DNA of 64,000 nt from an uncultured Pelagibacteraceae bacterium (GCA_902530715.1 CACABD010000001.1:1601-65600), one strand, 5' to 3'; shown: positions 20,887 through 31,552, numbered from the stretch's first letter. Made by a program: numbers and translations. Notes: a model not told the origin generated them from the letters alone.

Positions 20887-21324
20887 ATGATAAAAATCCA
20901 TGTTGTCGTTGACTCACCAAAATGGAAAAAAAAAATTAAAAATTTAAGAAATTACTTCAATTTTAAGCAAAAAAAATTTAACAAACTTAATTTATCAAAA
21001 ATAAAAAAAGAATTTACTGTATTCTTAACAAGCAACTACAAGATGAAATATTTAAATAGTAAATTTAGAAAAGTAAATAAACCTACTGATGTTTTATCGT
21101 TTCCGTTAAGCATCAAGTTAAAAAATAATATCTATATCGGAGACATAGCAATTAGTTATGAAATAGTTAATAAAAGATCTCGTAAATCTTTATTTGACCA
21201 TGAGTTAGATAAGATGTGGATACATGGATATCTTCATTTAAATGGTTACAATCATGTGAAAAATATTGATTTTAAAAAAATGTATAAAAAAGAAAATTTA
21301 ATATTTAAACAACTCAATTTTTAA
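20887..21324 (+). CDS. ybeY: rRNA maturation endoribonuclease
   Basis: PTDVLSFP, HGYLHLNGYNH. Confidence 0.93.
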   Translation: MIKIHVVVDSPKWKKKIKNLRNYFNFKQKKFNKLNLSKIKKEFTVFLTSNYKMKYLNSKFRKVNKPTDVLSFPLSIKLKNNIYIGDIAISYEIVNKRSRKSLFDHELDKMWIHGYLHLNGYNHVKNIDFKKMYKKENLIFKQLNF

Positions 21325-21325
21325 A

Positions 21326-22870
21326 TTGGTACCAATACTACATAACAAATTTTTAATTATTATAATTCTTTTAATCTTAGGAATTCTATCTTCATTTAGT
21401 TTACCTCCATATAATTTTTTTTTCATAAATTTATTCGTAATTCCTTTTTTTTTTTATATTTTAGTTAAACATCTTAATCAAAATTTACTAAATAATTTTT
21501 TGATTGGATGGGTTTATGGGTTTGGTTATTTTTTATCAAATCTATACTGGATTTCAAATTCTCTAAGATTTGATGAAAATTTTGATAACTTAATAATTTT
21601 CTCAATCATTATAATTCCTTTTTTCTTATCCCTATTTTATGGATTATTTACTACTTTATTAAAATTTTTTAATATTAAAATGGATCTTAGTTCTATTTTA
21701 ATTTTTTCATTATTAATTTCTATCTTTGAATACTTAAGAGGAACAATTTTTGGAGGATTTCCTTGGAACTTAATATCATTTAGCCTTATAGAATTTACAA
21801 GCATCTTGCAGTTACTTAGTCTAATTGGAACTTATTCCTTCAACCTATTAACAATAACTTTTTATTGTTTGCCTATAATAATTTTTTTCAAGATTAGTAA
21901 TGCTACAAAATTTAGTATCATATTTATATCAACATTGTTTTTGTTTGTAATTTCATATTATGGAGATAATAGGATTAAAAAAATCGAACAATCAGATAAA
22001 AAACTATTTTCTCCTCCTATTAAATTAGTTTCACCTAGAATTAATATAGAAAGGTTTTTTATAGACGAACCAATAGAAAGTAGACTAGATGAATTACTCG
22101 ATATTAGTTATCCACTGAGTCAAGATTATTTATTAGTTTTCCCTGAAGGTGTTATTAATATTGGTGAATTAAACATATTTCATAACAATTTGAACACAAT
22201 TTCTTATAAAATAACAAATAATACTAAAATAATTTTAGGTATTACTTTGGATGATGGAGAGAAAATATATAATTCATTAGCGCTATTTAATAAAGATTTC
22301 ATATTAGAAGATAATTACAATAAAAATAAACTTGTTCCATTTGGTGAGTATTTACCTTTTGAAAAACTATTAAGTAATTTTGGTTTAAAGAAAATTACTC
22401 AAGGCTATAGGTCATTTAGTTCATCTGATGTAAGAAATATTGTAAATGTTAATTCAATTTCATTTTTACCCCTAATTTGTTATGAAATTATATTTTCTGG
22501 ACAACTAAATATAAATAAAAAAGATTACGACTTTATTTTAAATATTTCTGAGGATGGATGGTTTGGAAACAGTATAGGACCAATTCAACATTTTTCCCAT
22601 TCTATATTTAGATCAATTGAAGAGGGCAAAGATGTTTTAAGGGTTGCTAATAATGGAATTACAGCTCATGTTAGCTTAACTGGCAAAGTTGATAAAAAAC
22701 TTAACACAACTGAAAAGGGAAGCATTGAAATAAATTCAATTTCTATGACAAATCCTACATTCTTTAACATTTTTGGTAACAAGATTTTCTTTTTTTTAGT
22801 ATTTATTTATATTAGTTTGATTTCCTTATTAAAATTTTTATATGAAAAAAAATTATTTGTTCACAAGTGA
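21326..22870 (+). CDS. lnt: Apolipoprotein N-acyltransferase
   Basis: [28 protein letters not shown]. Confidence 0.93.
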   Translation: MVPILHNKFLIIIILLILGILSSFSLPPYNFFFINLFVIPFFFYILVKHLNQNLLNNFLIGWVYGFGYFLSNLYWISNSLRFDENFDNLIIFSIIIIPFFLSLFYGLFTTLLKFFNIKMDLSSILIFSLLISIFEYLRGTIFGGFPWNLISFSLIEFTSILQLLSLIGTYSFNLLTITFYCLPIIIFFKISNATKFSIIFISTLFLFVISYYGDNRIKKIEQSDKKLFSPPIKLVSPRINIERFFIDEPIESRLDELLDISYPLSQDYLLVFPEGVINIGELNIFHNNLNTISYKITNNTKIILGITLDDGEKIYNSLALFNKDFILEDNYNKNKLVPFGEYLPFEKLLSNFGLKKITQGYRSFSSSDVRNIVNVNSISFLPLICYEIIFSGQLNINKKDYDFILNISEDGWFGNSIGPIQHFSHSIFRSIEEGKDVLRVANNGITAHVSLTGKVDKKLNTTEKGSIEINSISMTNPTFFNIFGNKIFFFLVFIYISLISLLKFLYEKKLFVHK

Positions 22871-24005
22871 GTCAGTCTCGGAGGGTCATCCAGATAAAGT
22901 ATGCGATAGAATATCTGACATGGTGGTTGATACTTATCTTAGTGCAGAACCCCAGTCCAGGGTTGCATGTGAGACTTTAACTACAACAAATAAAGTGGTC
23001 TTGGCAGGCGAAGTAAGAGGACCCGAAATTAAAAAAGACGATCTTATACAGAAAGTTAGAGATTGCATAAAAGACATCGGATACGATCAAGATGGTTTTA
23101 CTTTTAAAGAAGCAACAAAAATAGAGAGCCATTTACATGCCCAATCATCAGACATCGCTATGGGAGTAGACTCTTCAGGAGCTAAAGAAGAAGGTGCGGG
23201 AGATCAAGGAATAATGTTCGGATACGCATGCAATGAAACCGAAGTTTTAATGCCAGCTCCCATTCATTATTCTCATAAAATTTTACGTTTAATGGCTGAG
23301 GATAGAAAGTCTGGAAAACTTAGCAATATTGAGCCAGACTCTAAAAGTCAAATTACTATTGAATATAAAGATGGAAAGCCAACCAATGTAAAGTCTGTAG
23401 TTATTTCTACTCAGCATTCTGCAGATGTTAATCAATCTCAAGTTAGAGATTTAGTTAAACCATATATTGAAAAATCAATACCCAGACACTTATTGAACAA
23501 TTTATCAGAGGAAGAAATTTATGTAAATCCAACTGGAAACTTTGTTATTGGTGGTCCCGACGGTGATAGTGGTTTAACTGGCAGGAAAATAATAGTAGAT
23601 ACTTATGGCGGCGCCGCGCCACATGGTGGTGGAGCTTTTTCTGGAAAAGATCCAACGAAAGTTGATAGATCAGCAGCATATGCATCAAGGTATCTTGCAA
23701 AAAATATTGTTGCTTCAAAAATTTCTGATAAATGTCTTATCCAACTGGCATATGCTATTGGAGTATCAAAGCCACTTTCAATATATGTCGATCTCTTTGA
23801 TGACGATGAGGATAAAAATAAGCATGTAGAAAATTTGATCAAAAAAAATTTTGATTTAAGTCCTAGAGGGATTAGAGAGATGCTTGGACTAAACAAACCT
23901 ATTTATGAAAAATCAGCTGCCTATGGTCATTTTGGAAGAGAACCAGGATCTGATGGTTCTTTTTCTTGGGAAAAGGTTGATAAAAAAGACATTTTTAGCA
24001 TGTAA
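22842..24005 (+). CDS. metK: S-adenosylmethionine synthetase
   Basis: [28 protein letters not shown]. Confidence 0.98.
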   Translation: MKKNYLFTSESVSEGHPDKVCDRISDMVVDTYLSAEPQSRVACETLTTTNKVVLAGEVRGPEIKKDDLIQKVRDCIKDIGYDQDGFTFKEATKIESHLHAQSSDIAMGVDSSGAKEEGAGDQGIMFGYACNETEVLMPAPIHYSHKILRLMAEDRKSGKLSNIEPDSKSQITIEYKDGKPTNVKSVVISTQHSADVNQSQVRDLVKPYIEKSIPRHLLNNLSEEEIYVNPTGNFVIGGPDGDSGLTGRKIIVDTYGGAAPHGGGAFSGKDPTKVDRSAAYASRYLAKNIVASKISDKCLIQLAYAIGVSKPLSIYVDLFDDDEDKNKHVENLIKKNFDLSPRGIREMLGLNKPIYEKSAAYGHFGREPGSDGSFSWEKVDKKDIFSM

Positions 24006-24063
24006 TAATAAGTTGAAAATTTTAAAATTTAAATTATAAAAACAATTACATTGTTGATATATC

Positions 24064-24090
24064 AAAGTGGGCTTCGGCCCCTTTTTTTTT
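24064..24090 (+). terminator. Terminator/attenuator hairpin directly upstream of nusA (rimP-leader-like)
   Basis: AAAG-T-GGGC-TTCG-GCCC-CTTT followed by T9; C(UUCG)G tetraloop. Confidence 0.75.
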
Positions 24091-24102
24091 GGAATAATAA
24101 AT

Positions 24103-25647
24103 ATGTTAAACAGAAGAGCGGATAAACTTGAATTATTAAGAATAGCAGAGGCAGTAGCATTAGAAAAGTCTATAGATAAGGAATTGATTATAAACTCTAT
24201 GGAAAGTGGTATAGCAAAAGCTGCAAAATCAAAATTTGGTAATGAGAATGAAATACAAGTTAATATAAATAGAGAGAACGGTGATATTGAAATTTATAGA
24301 AAATTATTAGTAGTTGAAAATCCAGAAAATAACAATACAGAGATAAGTTTGGAAAAAGCAAAAGCGTTAAACAACGATAAAAAATTAGGTGAGGAAATAT
24401 TACAACCTCTTCCAACATTTGATTTTGGCAGGATTGCAGCTCAGACAGCAAAACAGGTTATCAGCTTTAGTGTCAGAGAAGCTGAAAAAGATAGGCAGTT
24501 TAATGATTTCAAAGATAAAAAAGACACAATACTTAGCGGAATAGTTAAACGACTAGAATTTGGTAATGTGATTGTTGATTTAGGTAAAGCTGAGGCAATA
24601 ATTCAAAAAAACGAGATGATACCGAGAGAAATTATTAAAGCCGGAGATAGAGTAAAAGCTTATTGCTGCGACGTGAGAAGAGAGCAAAGAGGACAACAAA
24701 TTTTTCTATCTAGAGCTCATCCTAAATTTATGGAAAAACTTTTTATTCAAGAAGTTCCAGAAATATATGATGGATTAATTGAAATAAAATCATCAGCAAG
24801 AGATCCAGGAAGTAGAGCAAAAATTTGTGTGAAGGCTATTGACACATCCTTAGACCCAGTTGGAGCATGTGTAGGAATGAGAGGCAGTAGAGTTCAAGCT
24901 GTAGTAAATGAATTGCAAGGAGAGAAAATTGATATTGTGAATTGGTCTGAAGATATATCAATAGTAGTATCAAATGCATTATCGCCCGCTGAAGTTTTAA
25001 AAGTTAATATTTATGAAGACTCGAAAAAACTAGATGTTATTTTAACAGAGGAAAATTTGAGCAAAGCAATTGGTAGAAGAGGACAAAATGTTAGACTTGC
25101 AACAAAGCTAATTGATTACGAAATAAATATAATGACTGATAAAGAGGATTCTGAAAGAAGACAAGAAGAGTTCAAAGATAGAACAGAAAATCTTATGAAA
25201 AACCTTGAAGTTGATGAAACATTAGGTCAACTTTTAGTAGCAGAAGGATTTTCAACCACCGACATAATTAAAGATAGTAAATTAAATGATTTAATAAAGA
25301 TTGAGGGTATAGAAGAGGAAACTGCTAAAGAGCTAATAGAGAGAGCAATAGAATTCGATAAAAAAAATCAAGAAAATATTCAAAAGAAAATTAAAGATTT
25401 AGGTTTAGAGCCAGATTTAATTAATCATAAGGGGCTAACTCCAGGAATGCTACTAACATTGGGTGAGAAAAAAATATTAACTTTAAATGAATTTGCTGAT
25501 CTTGCCTCTGATGAATTAATAGGTGGGTTTGATGTAATTAAGGGAGAAAAAGTTAAAATAAATGGTTATCTCGAGGATTTTGCTTTGTCAAGAACAGAAG
25601 CAGATGAACTTATAATGAAAGCTAGAGAAAAGATTTATAGCAACTAA
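24103..25647 (+). CDS. nusA: Transcription factor NusA
   Basis: FGRIAAQTAKQV, DPVGACVGMRGSRVQ, AIGRRGQNVRLA; ATG 24103 preferred over GTG 24067. Confidence 0.97.
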   Translation: MLNRRADKLELLRIAEAVALEKSIDKELIINSMESGIAKAAKSKFGNENEIQVNINRENGDIEIYRKLLVVENPENNNTEISLEKAKALNNDKKLGEEILQPLPTFDFGRIAAQTAKQVISFSVREAEKDRQFNDFKDKKDTILSGIVKRLEFGNVIVDLGKAEAIIQKNEMIPREIIKAGDRVKAYCCDVRREQRGQQIFLSRAHPKFMEKLFIQEVPEIYDGLIEIKSSARDPGSRAKICVKAIDTSLDPVGACVGMRGSRVQAVVNELQGEKIDIVNWSEDISIVVSNALSPAEVLKVNIYEDSKKLDVILTEENLSKAIGRRGQNVRLATKLIDYEINIMTDKEDSERRQEEFKDRTENLMKNLEVDETLGQLLVAEGFSTTDIIKDSKLNDLIKIEGIEEETAKELIERAIEFDKKNQENIQKKIKDLGLEPDLINHKGLTPGMLLTLGEKKILTLNEFADLASDELIGGFDVIKGEKVKINGYLEDFALSRTEADELIMKAREKIYSN

Positions 25648-25657
25648 CTAATGGAAA

Positions 25658-27829
25658 ATGGAAAAACAAAAAAAAAAACTTACAATAACAGGAAAACCAA
25701 AAAAAAACTTTGTTTATCAACAAAATGTTGAAAATAGAAAAAAATTCTCTTTAAATGAAAAAAAATTTTCAAAGCCTATAAACAAAAATATAAATAGTTT
25801 TAAAAAAACTTTTAAGCCTAAACCAATAGCTTCAAAATTAAGCGACTACGAACGTAGGAAGTTAGCAGAGCAAAAAGCTATGAAAGGAATAAGGGGTGAA
25901 AATAATCAGAAAGACAAAGAAAATAAGTCGAAATTTAGCACAAAAAAAAGAGAGACTAAATTGACAGTTTCGAGAGCTTTAAGTGAGGATTTAGAATTTA
26001 AGTCTAGAAGTCTTGCATCCATAAAGCGAGCTAGGGAAAAAGAACTTAGAGTGTCGAAAGGTCAAAATAGTGATGACACAAACTCTAATATTAAACGAGA
26101 CATTAACATACCTGAATTTATAACAATCAGAGATCTTGCTAACAGAATGGCAGAACAATCTTCAAATATTATAAAACATTTAATGAGTATGGGAGTTGCA
26201 GTGACAATTAATCATACAATCGATTCCGACACTGCAGAATATTTAGTTAAAGAGTTTGGTCACAATCCCATTAGAGAAAAAAAAGCTGATGAAATTATTA
26301 AAAATATAAAAGATGCGAAATCTGAAAATTTAAAAAACCGTCCACCAATTATTACTGTTATGGGCCACGTTGATCATGGTAAAACTTCAGTATTAGATGT
26401 TATAAGAAGCGCAAATATAGTATCAGGGGAATTTGGAGGTATAACTCAACATATTGGAGCATATCAAATTGAAAAAAATAATGAAAAAATAACATTTATA
26501 GACACACCAGGTCATGCAGCATTTACTGAGATGAGAGCAAGAGGTTCAAAACTTACAGATATAGTTGTTTTAGTTGTTGCTGCAAATGATGGTGTAATGC
26601 CACAAACTATTGAGTCCATAAAACACGCAAAAGCAGCAAAAGTGCCAATTGTTGTTGCTATTAATAAATGCGATCTACCTGATGCGGATCCACAAAAAAT
26701 TAAAAATCAACTTTTAGAGCACGAACTGATCTCTGAGGATCTATCTGGTGATACAATAATGGTTGAAATTTCTACAAAAACAAAAAAAAATATTGATAAA
26801 CTTTTAGAACTTATCTTATTACAAGCTGAACTTTTAGATTTAAAATGTGATTTTAATAGTAACCCTAATGGTATTGTTTTAGAGTCCAAAGTTGACATAG
26901 GTAGAGGTCCAATTGCTAATATTATAGTCACGTCTGGAAAATTAAAAAAAGGAGATTATTTTGTCTGTGGGACAAAATGGGGCAAAGTAAGAGCAATAAT
27001 AGATGACACTGGAAAGCAAATTAATGAGGCATTACCATCCACTCCGGTTGAAGTTTTAGGTATAAATGGTGCAGCAAAATCTGGAGATGATTTTCTAGTG
27101 CTAAGCACTGAAAAAGAAGCAAAATCTTTATCCGTGGCAAGAATCGAAGAAACCAAGTTATCCAAAAACCCATTAACAATGTTTACTCAAGAATCTGCAT
27201 TTAAAGATAATAAATCTGAAGATTTAAATATTATTGTAAAATCAGATGTACACGGATCCTCAGAGGCTATTAAGAATGCAATTAACCAAATAAAACATGA
27301 TGAAGTAAAAGTAAAAATTATCTTATCAGATGTCGGAATGGTAACTGAAACAGATGTTAATTTAGCAAAAGCATCCAATGCAATTTTAATCTCTTTCAAT
27401 GTTAAACCAAGCAAAGAAGCAAAAAAAATAGCAGAACAAAATAATGTTAAAATTTCTTCATTTAATATAATCTACGAATTGATTGATTTTGTAAAAAATC
27501 AGATGTCTGGACTTTTAACCCCAGATGTTGAGGAAAAAGTAATTGGCTCGGCCGAAATTTTGGAAATCTTTAAAGTATCAAAAGTTGGAAAAGTTGCTGG
27601 CTCAAAGGTTATTGATGGTGAAATTTCTCAGGATGCTTTAGCAAGAATTATTAGAGATGGAGCAATAATTTATAATGGTAAAATAAGCACTATTTTTAGG
27701 GAAAAAAACCAGGCCAAGCAAGTGTCAGCTGGACTAGAATGTGGTATATCTTTTAAGGATTTTAATGACTTTCAAAAAAAAGATATTATAGAGGCTTACA
27801 GCTCTAGCACTACAGAAAGGGTAATTTAA
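25658..27829 (+). CDS. infB: Translation initiation factor IF-2
   Basis: MGHVDHGKT, DTPGH, NKCD. Confidence 0.98.
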   Translation: MEKQKKKLTITGKPKKNFVYQQNVENRKKFSLNEKKFSKPINKNINSFKKTFKPKPIASKLSDYERRKLAEQKAMKGIRGENNQKDKENKSKFSTKKRETKLTVSRALSEDLEFKSRSLASIKRAREKELRVSKGQNSDDTNSNIKRDINIPEFITIRDLANRMAEQSSNIIKHLMSMGVAVTINHTIDSDTAEYLVKEFGHNPIREKKADEIIKNIKDAKSENLKNRPPIITVMGHVDHGKTSVLDVIRSANIVSGEFGGITQHIGAYQIEKNNEKITFIDTPGHAAFTEMRARGSKLTDIVVLVVAANDGVMPQTIESIKHAKAAKVPIVVAINKCDLPDADPQKIKNQLLEHELISEDLSGDTIMVEISTKTKKNIDKLLELILLQAELLDLKCDFNSNPNGIVLESKVDIGRGPIANIIVTSGKLKKGDYFVCGTKWGKVRAIIDDTGKQINEALPSTPVEVLGINGAAKSGDDFLVLSTEKEAKSLSVARIEETKLSKNPLTMFTQESAFKDNKSEDLNIIVKSDVHGSSEAIKNAINQIKHDEVKVKIILSDVGMVTETDVNLAKASNAILISFNVKPSKEAKKIAEQNNVKISSFNIIYELIDFVKNQMSGLLTPDVEEKVIGSAEILEIFKVSKVGKVAGSKVIDGEISQDALARIIRDGAIIYNGKISTIFREKNQAKQVSAGLECGISFKDFNDFQKKDIIEAYSSSTTERVI

Positions 27830-27833
27830 TCGT

Positions 27834-28199
27834 ATGGCAAATGCAGGTAGACCAGTTACTCAAAGGCAATTAAGAGTTGGAGAAATGATAAAGCAGTCAT
27901 TAAGCATGATATTTTTAAAAGATGAAGCAAAAATACCAAACATTAACACTAAAGAAATTACAGTAACGGAAGTAAGAATGAGTCCTGATTTAAAAACTGC
28001 TAAGATTTTTGTATTACCGCTTGGAGGTAAAAATTCAGAGGAAACCATAGGAAAATTAAAAGAATTTTCTTTTATTGTAAGAAAAGTATTGTCCAAAAAA
28101 ATTATAATGAAATTTTTACCGAAACTATTCTTTGTTAAAGATGAGTCTTTTGATTATGCGGAAAAAATTGAAAATTTAATAAAACAAGCTAATAAATAG
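27834..28199 (+). CDS. rbfA: Ribosome-binding factor A
   Basis: RQLRVGE, ITVTEVRMSPDL, PKLFFVKD. Confidence 0.93.
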   Translation: MANAGRPVTQRQLRVGEMIKQSLSMIFLKDEAKIPNINTKEITVTEVRMSPDLKTAKIFVLPLGGKNSEETIGKLKEFSFIVRKVLSKKIIMKFLPKLFFVKDESFDYAEKIENLIKQANK

Positions 28200-28207
28200 G
28201 AGAAATT

Positions 28208-28456
28208 ATGAAAAAAAATATTACAGATATAAGTTTACATGAAAAAGATACAGGTTCATCAGAGGTTCAAATAGCTCTTTTAACAGGTAAAATAGAAACC
28301 TTATCAAAACATATGAAGCAGTATAAAAAAGATAAACACTCATCTGTTGGATTACTGAAAGCAGTTAATAAAAGAAAAAAACTATTGAATTATCTTAAGA
28401 AAAATAAAATTGAGTCATACAAAAATATATTAACTAAATTAAATTTAAGGAAATAA
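28208..28456 (+). CDS. rpsO: 30S ribosomal protein S15
   Basis: DTGSSEVQIALLT, KDKHS, GLLKAV, LNLRK. Confidence 0.95.
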   Translation: MKKNITDISLHEKDTGSSEVQIALLTGKIETLSKHMKQYKKDKHSSVGLLKAVNKRKKLLNYLKKNKIESYKNILTKLNLRK

Positions 28457-30529
28457 ATGTTTAAAATATTTAAAAAAGAAGCCGTAGTTAGTGGAAAGAA
28501 AATTAGTTTAGAAACAGGAAAAATTGCAAGGCAAGCAGATGGAGCAATAATTGCTACATGTGGTGAAACAGTTGTTCTAGCCACCGTCGTTGGAGCAAAA
28601 AAAATAAATCCTGATGTAGATTATTTTCCATTATCAGTAAATTATCAAGAAAAGTACTATGCTGCAGGAAAAATTCCTGGTGGATACTTTAAAAGAGAAG
28701 CAAGACCTACAGAGAGTGAAACACTTATTTCAAGATTGATTGACAGGCCAATAAGACCGCTTTTCCCGGATGAATTTAAGAATGAAGTCCAATTATTACC
28801 CACAGTAATTTCTTATGATAAAGAAAACGAAGCTGATATTTTATCTATAATTGCATCCTCAGCTGCACTAGCAATATCAGGTATGCCATTTATGGGACCA
28901 GTTGGCGCATCTAGAGTAGGTTTTATAGGAGGCAAATATGTTTTGAATCCAACAAAAAAAGAATTGGAAAACTCAAAACTAGATTTAGTCGTAGCTGGCA
29001 CTAAAGATGCAGTTTTAATGGTTGAGTCTGAGGCAAAAGGTTTGACAGAACAGCAAATGTTGGATGCGGTAAAATTCGGTCACGAAGGATTTATTCCAGT
29101 TATAAAAATGATCGAGGAACTTGCAAAAGAATGTAAAAAACCTGATTGGGTTGTTGAAAAGAAAGACTTATCAGAAGTAAAGAAAAAATTAGAAAGTGAA
29201 TTTACTAATGATCTGAAAAAAGCGTTTTCAATTAAAGACAAACAAGAAAGATCTAACTTAATATCTGAAGTAACTGAAAAGGCTAAAAAGTTATACGAAG
29301 AGGACGAAAATTTCTCAGAGTTAGATGCTATGCATGAATTGAAAAATCTAGAGAAGGGTATTGTAAGAACTGACATACTAAAAAATAAAAATCGTATTGA
29401 TGGCAGAGGCCTGTCTGATGTAAGACCAATTAAATGCGAAGTTGGTATATTACCTAGGGTTCATGGTTCAGCATTATTCACAAGAGGAGAAACACAAGCA
29501 ATTGTAACAACAACTTTAGGGACATCTGATGATGAACAAAGGATAGAAAGCTTAGAAGGTCTACAACGTGAAAGATTCATGCTTCACTACAATTTTCCAC
29601 CTTTTTCTGTTGGAGAAACAGGAAGAATAGGAACTGGAAGGAGAGAAATAGGTCACGGTAAATTAGCTTGGAGAGCAATAAATTCATCTTTACCTACAAA
29701 AGAAAGTTTTCCATATACATTCAGAATAGTTTCAGAAATCACAGAGTCTAATGGTTCTTCATCAATGGCAACTGTTTGTGGTTCATCTTTATCGCTTATG
29801 GATGCAGGCGTACCAATTAAAGAACCAGTAGCTGGGATAGCAATGGGATTAATTAAAGAAGGAGATGATTTTAGCGTTCTATCAGATATTCTAGGTGATG
29901 AGGATCATTTAGGTGACATGGATTTCAAAGTTGCCGGAACTAAAGATGGAATTACTTCTTTGCAAATGGATATAAAAATAACAGGAATAACATTTGAAAT
30001 TATGGAGCAAGCTTTAAAACAAGCTAAAGATGGTAGAGTACATATCCTTGATGAAATGAATAAAGCATTATCCAAATCAAGAGATGGTGTAGGTAAACAT
30101 ACACCGAAAATGGAAAAAATTACCGTTGAAAAGAAAGATATAGCTACGGTAATTGGAAAAGGTGGTGCAACAATCAGAGAGATTGTTGAGAAATCAGGGG
30201 CTAAAGTTGATGTAAATGATGAAGGTGAAGTAACAGTTGCAGCACCGGATGAAGACTCAAGAAATAAAGCAATGAAAATGATAAAAGATTTAACAGCGAA
30301 AGCTGAACTAAATAAAATTTATAACGGTAAAGTTATGAAGATTATGGAGTTTGGTGCATTTGTTAATTTCTTAGGTAAACAAGATGGACTTGTTCATATA
30401 TCTGAATTAGCGGACAAAAGAGTCTCAAAAGTTACCGATGTTGTCAAAGAGGGTGACGAAGTCAAAGTCAAGGTTATAGGTTTTGACAGAGGTAAAGTAA
30501 AACTGTCTATCAAACAAGCTGCAATTTAA
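28457..30529 (+). CDS. pnp: Polynucleotide phosphorylase
   Basis: [42 protein letters not shown] and S1. Confidence 0.98.
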   Translation: MFKIFKKEAVVSGKKISLETGKIARQADGAIIATCGETVVLATVVGAKKINPDVDYFPLSVNYQEKYYAAGKIPGGYFKREARPTESETLISRLIDRPIRPLFPDEFKNEVQLLPTVISYDKENEADILSIIASSAALAISGMPFMGPVGASRVGFIGGKYVLNPTKKELENSKLDLVVAGTKDAVLMVESEAKGLTEQQMLDAVKFGHEGFIPVIKMIEELAKECKKPDWVVEKKDLSEVKKKLESEFTNDLKKAFSIKDKQERSNLISEVTEKAKKLYEEDENFSELDAMHELKNLEKGIVRTDILKNKNRIDGRGLSDVRPIKCEVGILPRVHGSALFTRGETQAIVTTTLGTSDDEQRIESLEGLQRERFMLHYNFPPFSVGETGRIGTGRREIGHGKLAWRAINSSLPTKESFPYTFRIVSEITESNGSSSMATVCGSSLSLMDAGVPIKEPVAGIAMGLIKEGDDFSVLSDILGDEDHLGDMDFKVAGTKDGITSLQMDIKITGITFEIMEQALKQAKDGRVHILDEMNKALSKSRDGVGKHTPKMEKITVEKKDIATVIGKGGATIREIVEKSGAKVDVNDEGEVTVAAPDEDSRNKAMKMIKDLTAKAELNKIYNGKVMKIMEFGAFVNFLGKQDGLVHISELADKRVSKVTDVVKEGDEVKVKVIGFDRGKVKLSIKQAAI

Positions 30530-30534
30530 AAACT

Positions 30535-30687
30535 ATGATGACATTTGAGAGTATAAAAAAAAAATTATCAAAAAATAAATTTGGTAAATATATATTGTTT
30601 GGTAGCTTTGCATTCTTTTTTATTAAAGGTTTAGTTTGGTTGGCAATATTTTTTGTTGCAAGCTACAGTTTAATAAATAATTTTTAA
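30535..30687 (+). CDS. Small membrane protein, 50 aa, not in ORF track
   Basis: MMTFESIKKKLSKNKFGKYILFGSFAFFFIKGLVWLAIFFVASYSLINNF; fills the pnp-rhodanese gap, basic N-terminus plus hydrophobic segment. Confidence 0.65.
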   Translation: MMTFESIKKKLSKNKFGKYILFGSFAFFFIKGLVWLAIFFVASYSLINNF

Positions 30688-30709
30688 CTTAATAAATCGA
30701 AACTAAAAT

Positions 30710-31072
30710 ATGAAAAAATTTGAAGATTTAATGAGCATCAGCAATGACATAGAAAATATATCAGCAGAAGAGGCTAAGCAAAAATTAGATGATCCTAATG
30801 TACAATTTATAGATGTAAGAGATAAAGATAGTTTTACAAAAGAAACTATTGGAAATGCTATAAACCTAGAGAGAGGCCTTCTAGAGTTTTATCTTGCTGA
30901 TGGCAGTCCCTTAGAAAATGATTATTTTAAAAAAAATCCAGAAAAAGAGTACGTAGTGTTTTGTGGACTAGGTGGACAAGGAACACTAGCAACAAAAACT
31001 ATGAAAGATATGGGAATTAAAAACGTAAAAAATATCAAAGGTGGAATGGCTGAGTGGGAGAAAATTAAATAA
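30710..31072 (+). CDS. Rhodanese-like protein
   Basis: FIDVRD, GLLEF, active-site-like FCGLGGQG, IKGGMAEW. Confidence 0.88.
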   Translation: MKKFEDLMSISNDIENISAEEAKQKLDDPNVQFIDVRDKDSFTKETIGNAINLERGLLEFYLADGSPLENDYFKKNPEKEYVVFCGLGGQGTLATKTMKDMGIKNVKNIKGGMAEWEKIK

Positions 31073-31159
31073 CTAATATTACCTTAACTTTCGTGTTCAA
31101 ATTGTGTTTCTAAATTGTATTTAAGTTGAGTTAAATTTAAAAATATATATTTTAAACTT

Positions 31160-31209
31160 ACCATATCTCATGGTGATAAAGAGACCGATATCGCATCGGT
31201 TAAAAGCGA
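31160..31209 (+). ncRNA. Candidate structured leader: two tandem H-type pseudoknots
   Basis: ACCAT-ATCTC-ATGGT-GATAAA-GAGA and ACCGAT-ATCGC-ATCGGT-TAAAA-GCGA; each loop pairs with its own 3' tail. Confidence 0.55.
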
Positions 31210-31237
31210 GTTTTGGAAAAACTAACGAGGAGTGTGT

Positions 31238-31429
31238 ATGAAAAGAATGCACAGAGTTCTTAATTTGTTTAGCCGAGGCTCAAAGATCGCTAGGCTAAAT
31301 CAATTAATGTTTCGAAATTTAAAATCTGTTGAAGCTAATGCCAATGGCACAAGCGGATACGTTATTAAATCTGGAAAAAACTCTGGAAAAGTTGTTGGAC
31401 ATATAAAAAAAGAGCCGAAAAAAATTTAA
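31238..31429 (+). CDS. Small basic hypothetical protein, 63 aa
   Basis: Strong SD GAGGAG (31227-31232) before ATG 31238; ...VEANANGTSGYVIKSGKNSGKVVGHI... Confidence 0.75.
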   Translation: MKRMHRVLNLFSRGSKIARLNQLMFRNLKSVEANANGTSGYVIKSGKNSGKVVGHIKKEPKKI

Positions 31430-31444
31430 TTACCAACGGGGTAT

Positions 31445-31473
31445 GGGGGCACCTGGCAACAGAACGCCCCTTT
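31445..31473 (+). terminator. GC hairpin with CCTGGCAACAGAA loop, ending in the left direct repeat
   Basis: GGGGC...GCCCC-TTT, 15 bp after the ORF stop. Confidence 0.55.
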
Positions 31474-31519
31474 ACCAACGGAAACCGTTAATCCAATTGG
31501 AATATCAAATTAGGAACAG

Positions 31520-31552
31520 CACGAAGTTTTACACGAAGTTTACATGAAGTTT
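31520..31552 (+). repeat. Left array of arm-type repeats (3 copies)
   Basis: CACGAAGTTT / TACACGAAGTTT / TACATGAAGTTT in tandem. Confidence 0.9.

Noticed and set aside
24067-24102. GTG-initiated N-terminal extension of NusA; similar extensions on dapB, fabA, rpsT, coq7
   Set aside because: Extensions run through a terminator hairpin, operators or neighbouring genes; downstream ATGs match family N-termini
31206-31226. preQ1-I riboswitch suggested by AAAAACTAA before the SD
   Set aside because: No upstream stem-loop with the complementary TTAG/CTAG loop, and the downstream gene is not queuosine related
31140-31473. A complete permuted tmRNA gene
   Set aside because: No T-arm/CCA acceptor piece, no GGGGC-type 5' end with GATCGAC and no tag frame; only a 3'-tail-like hairpin
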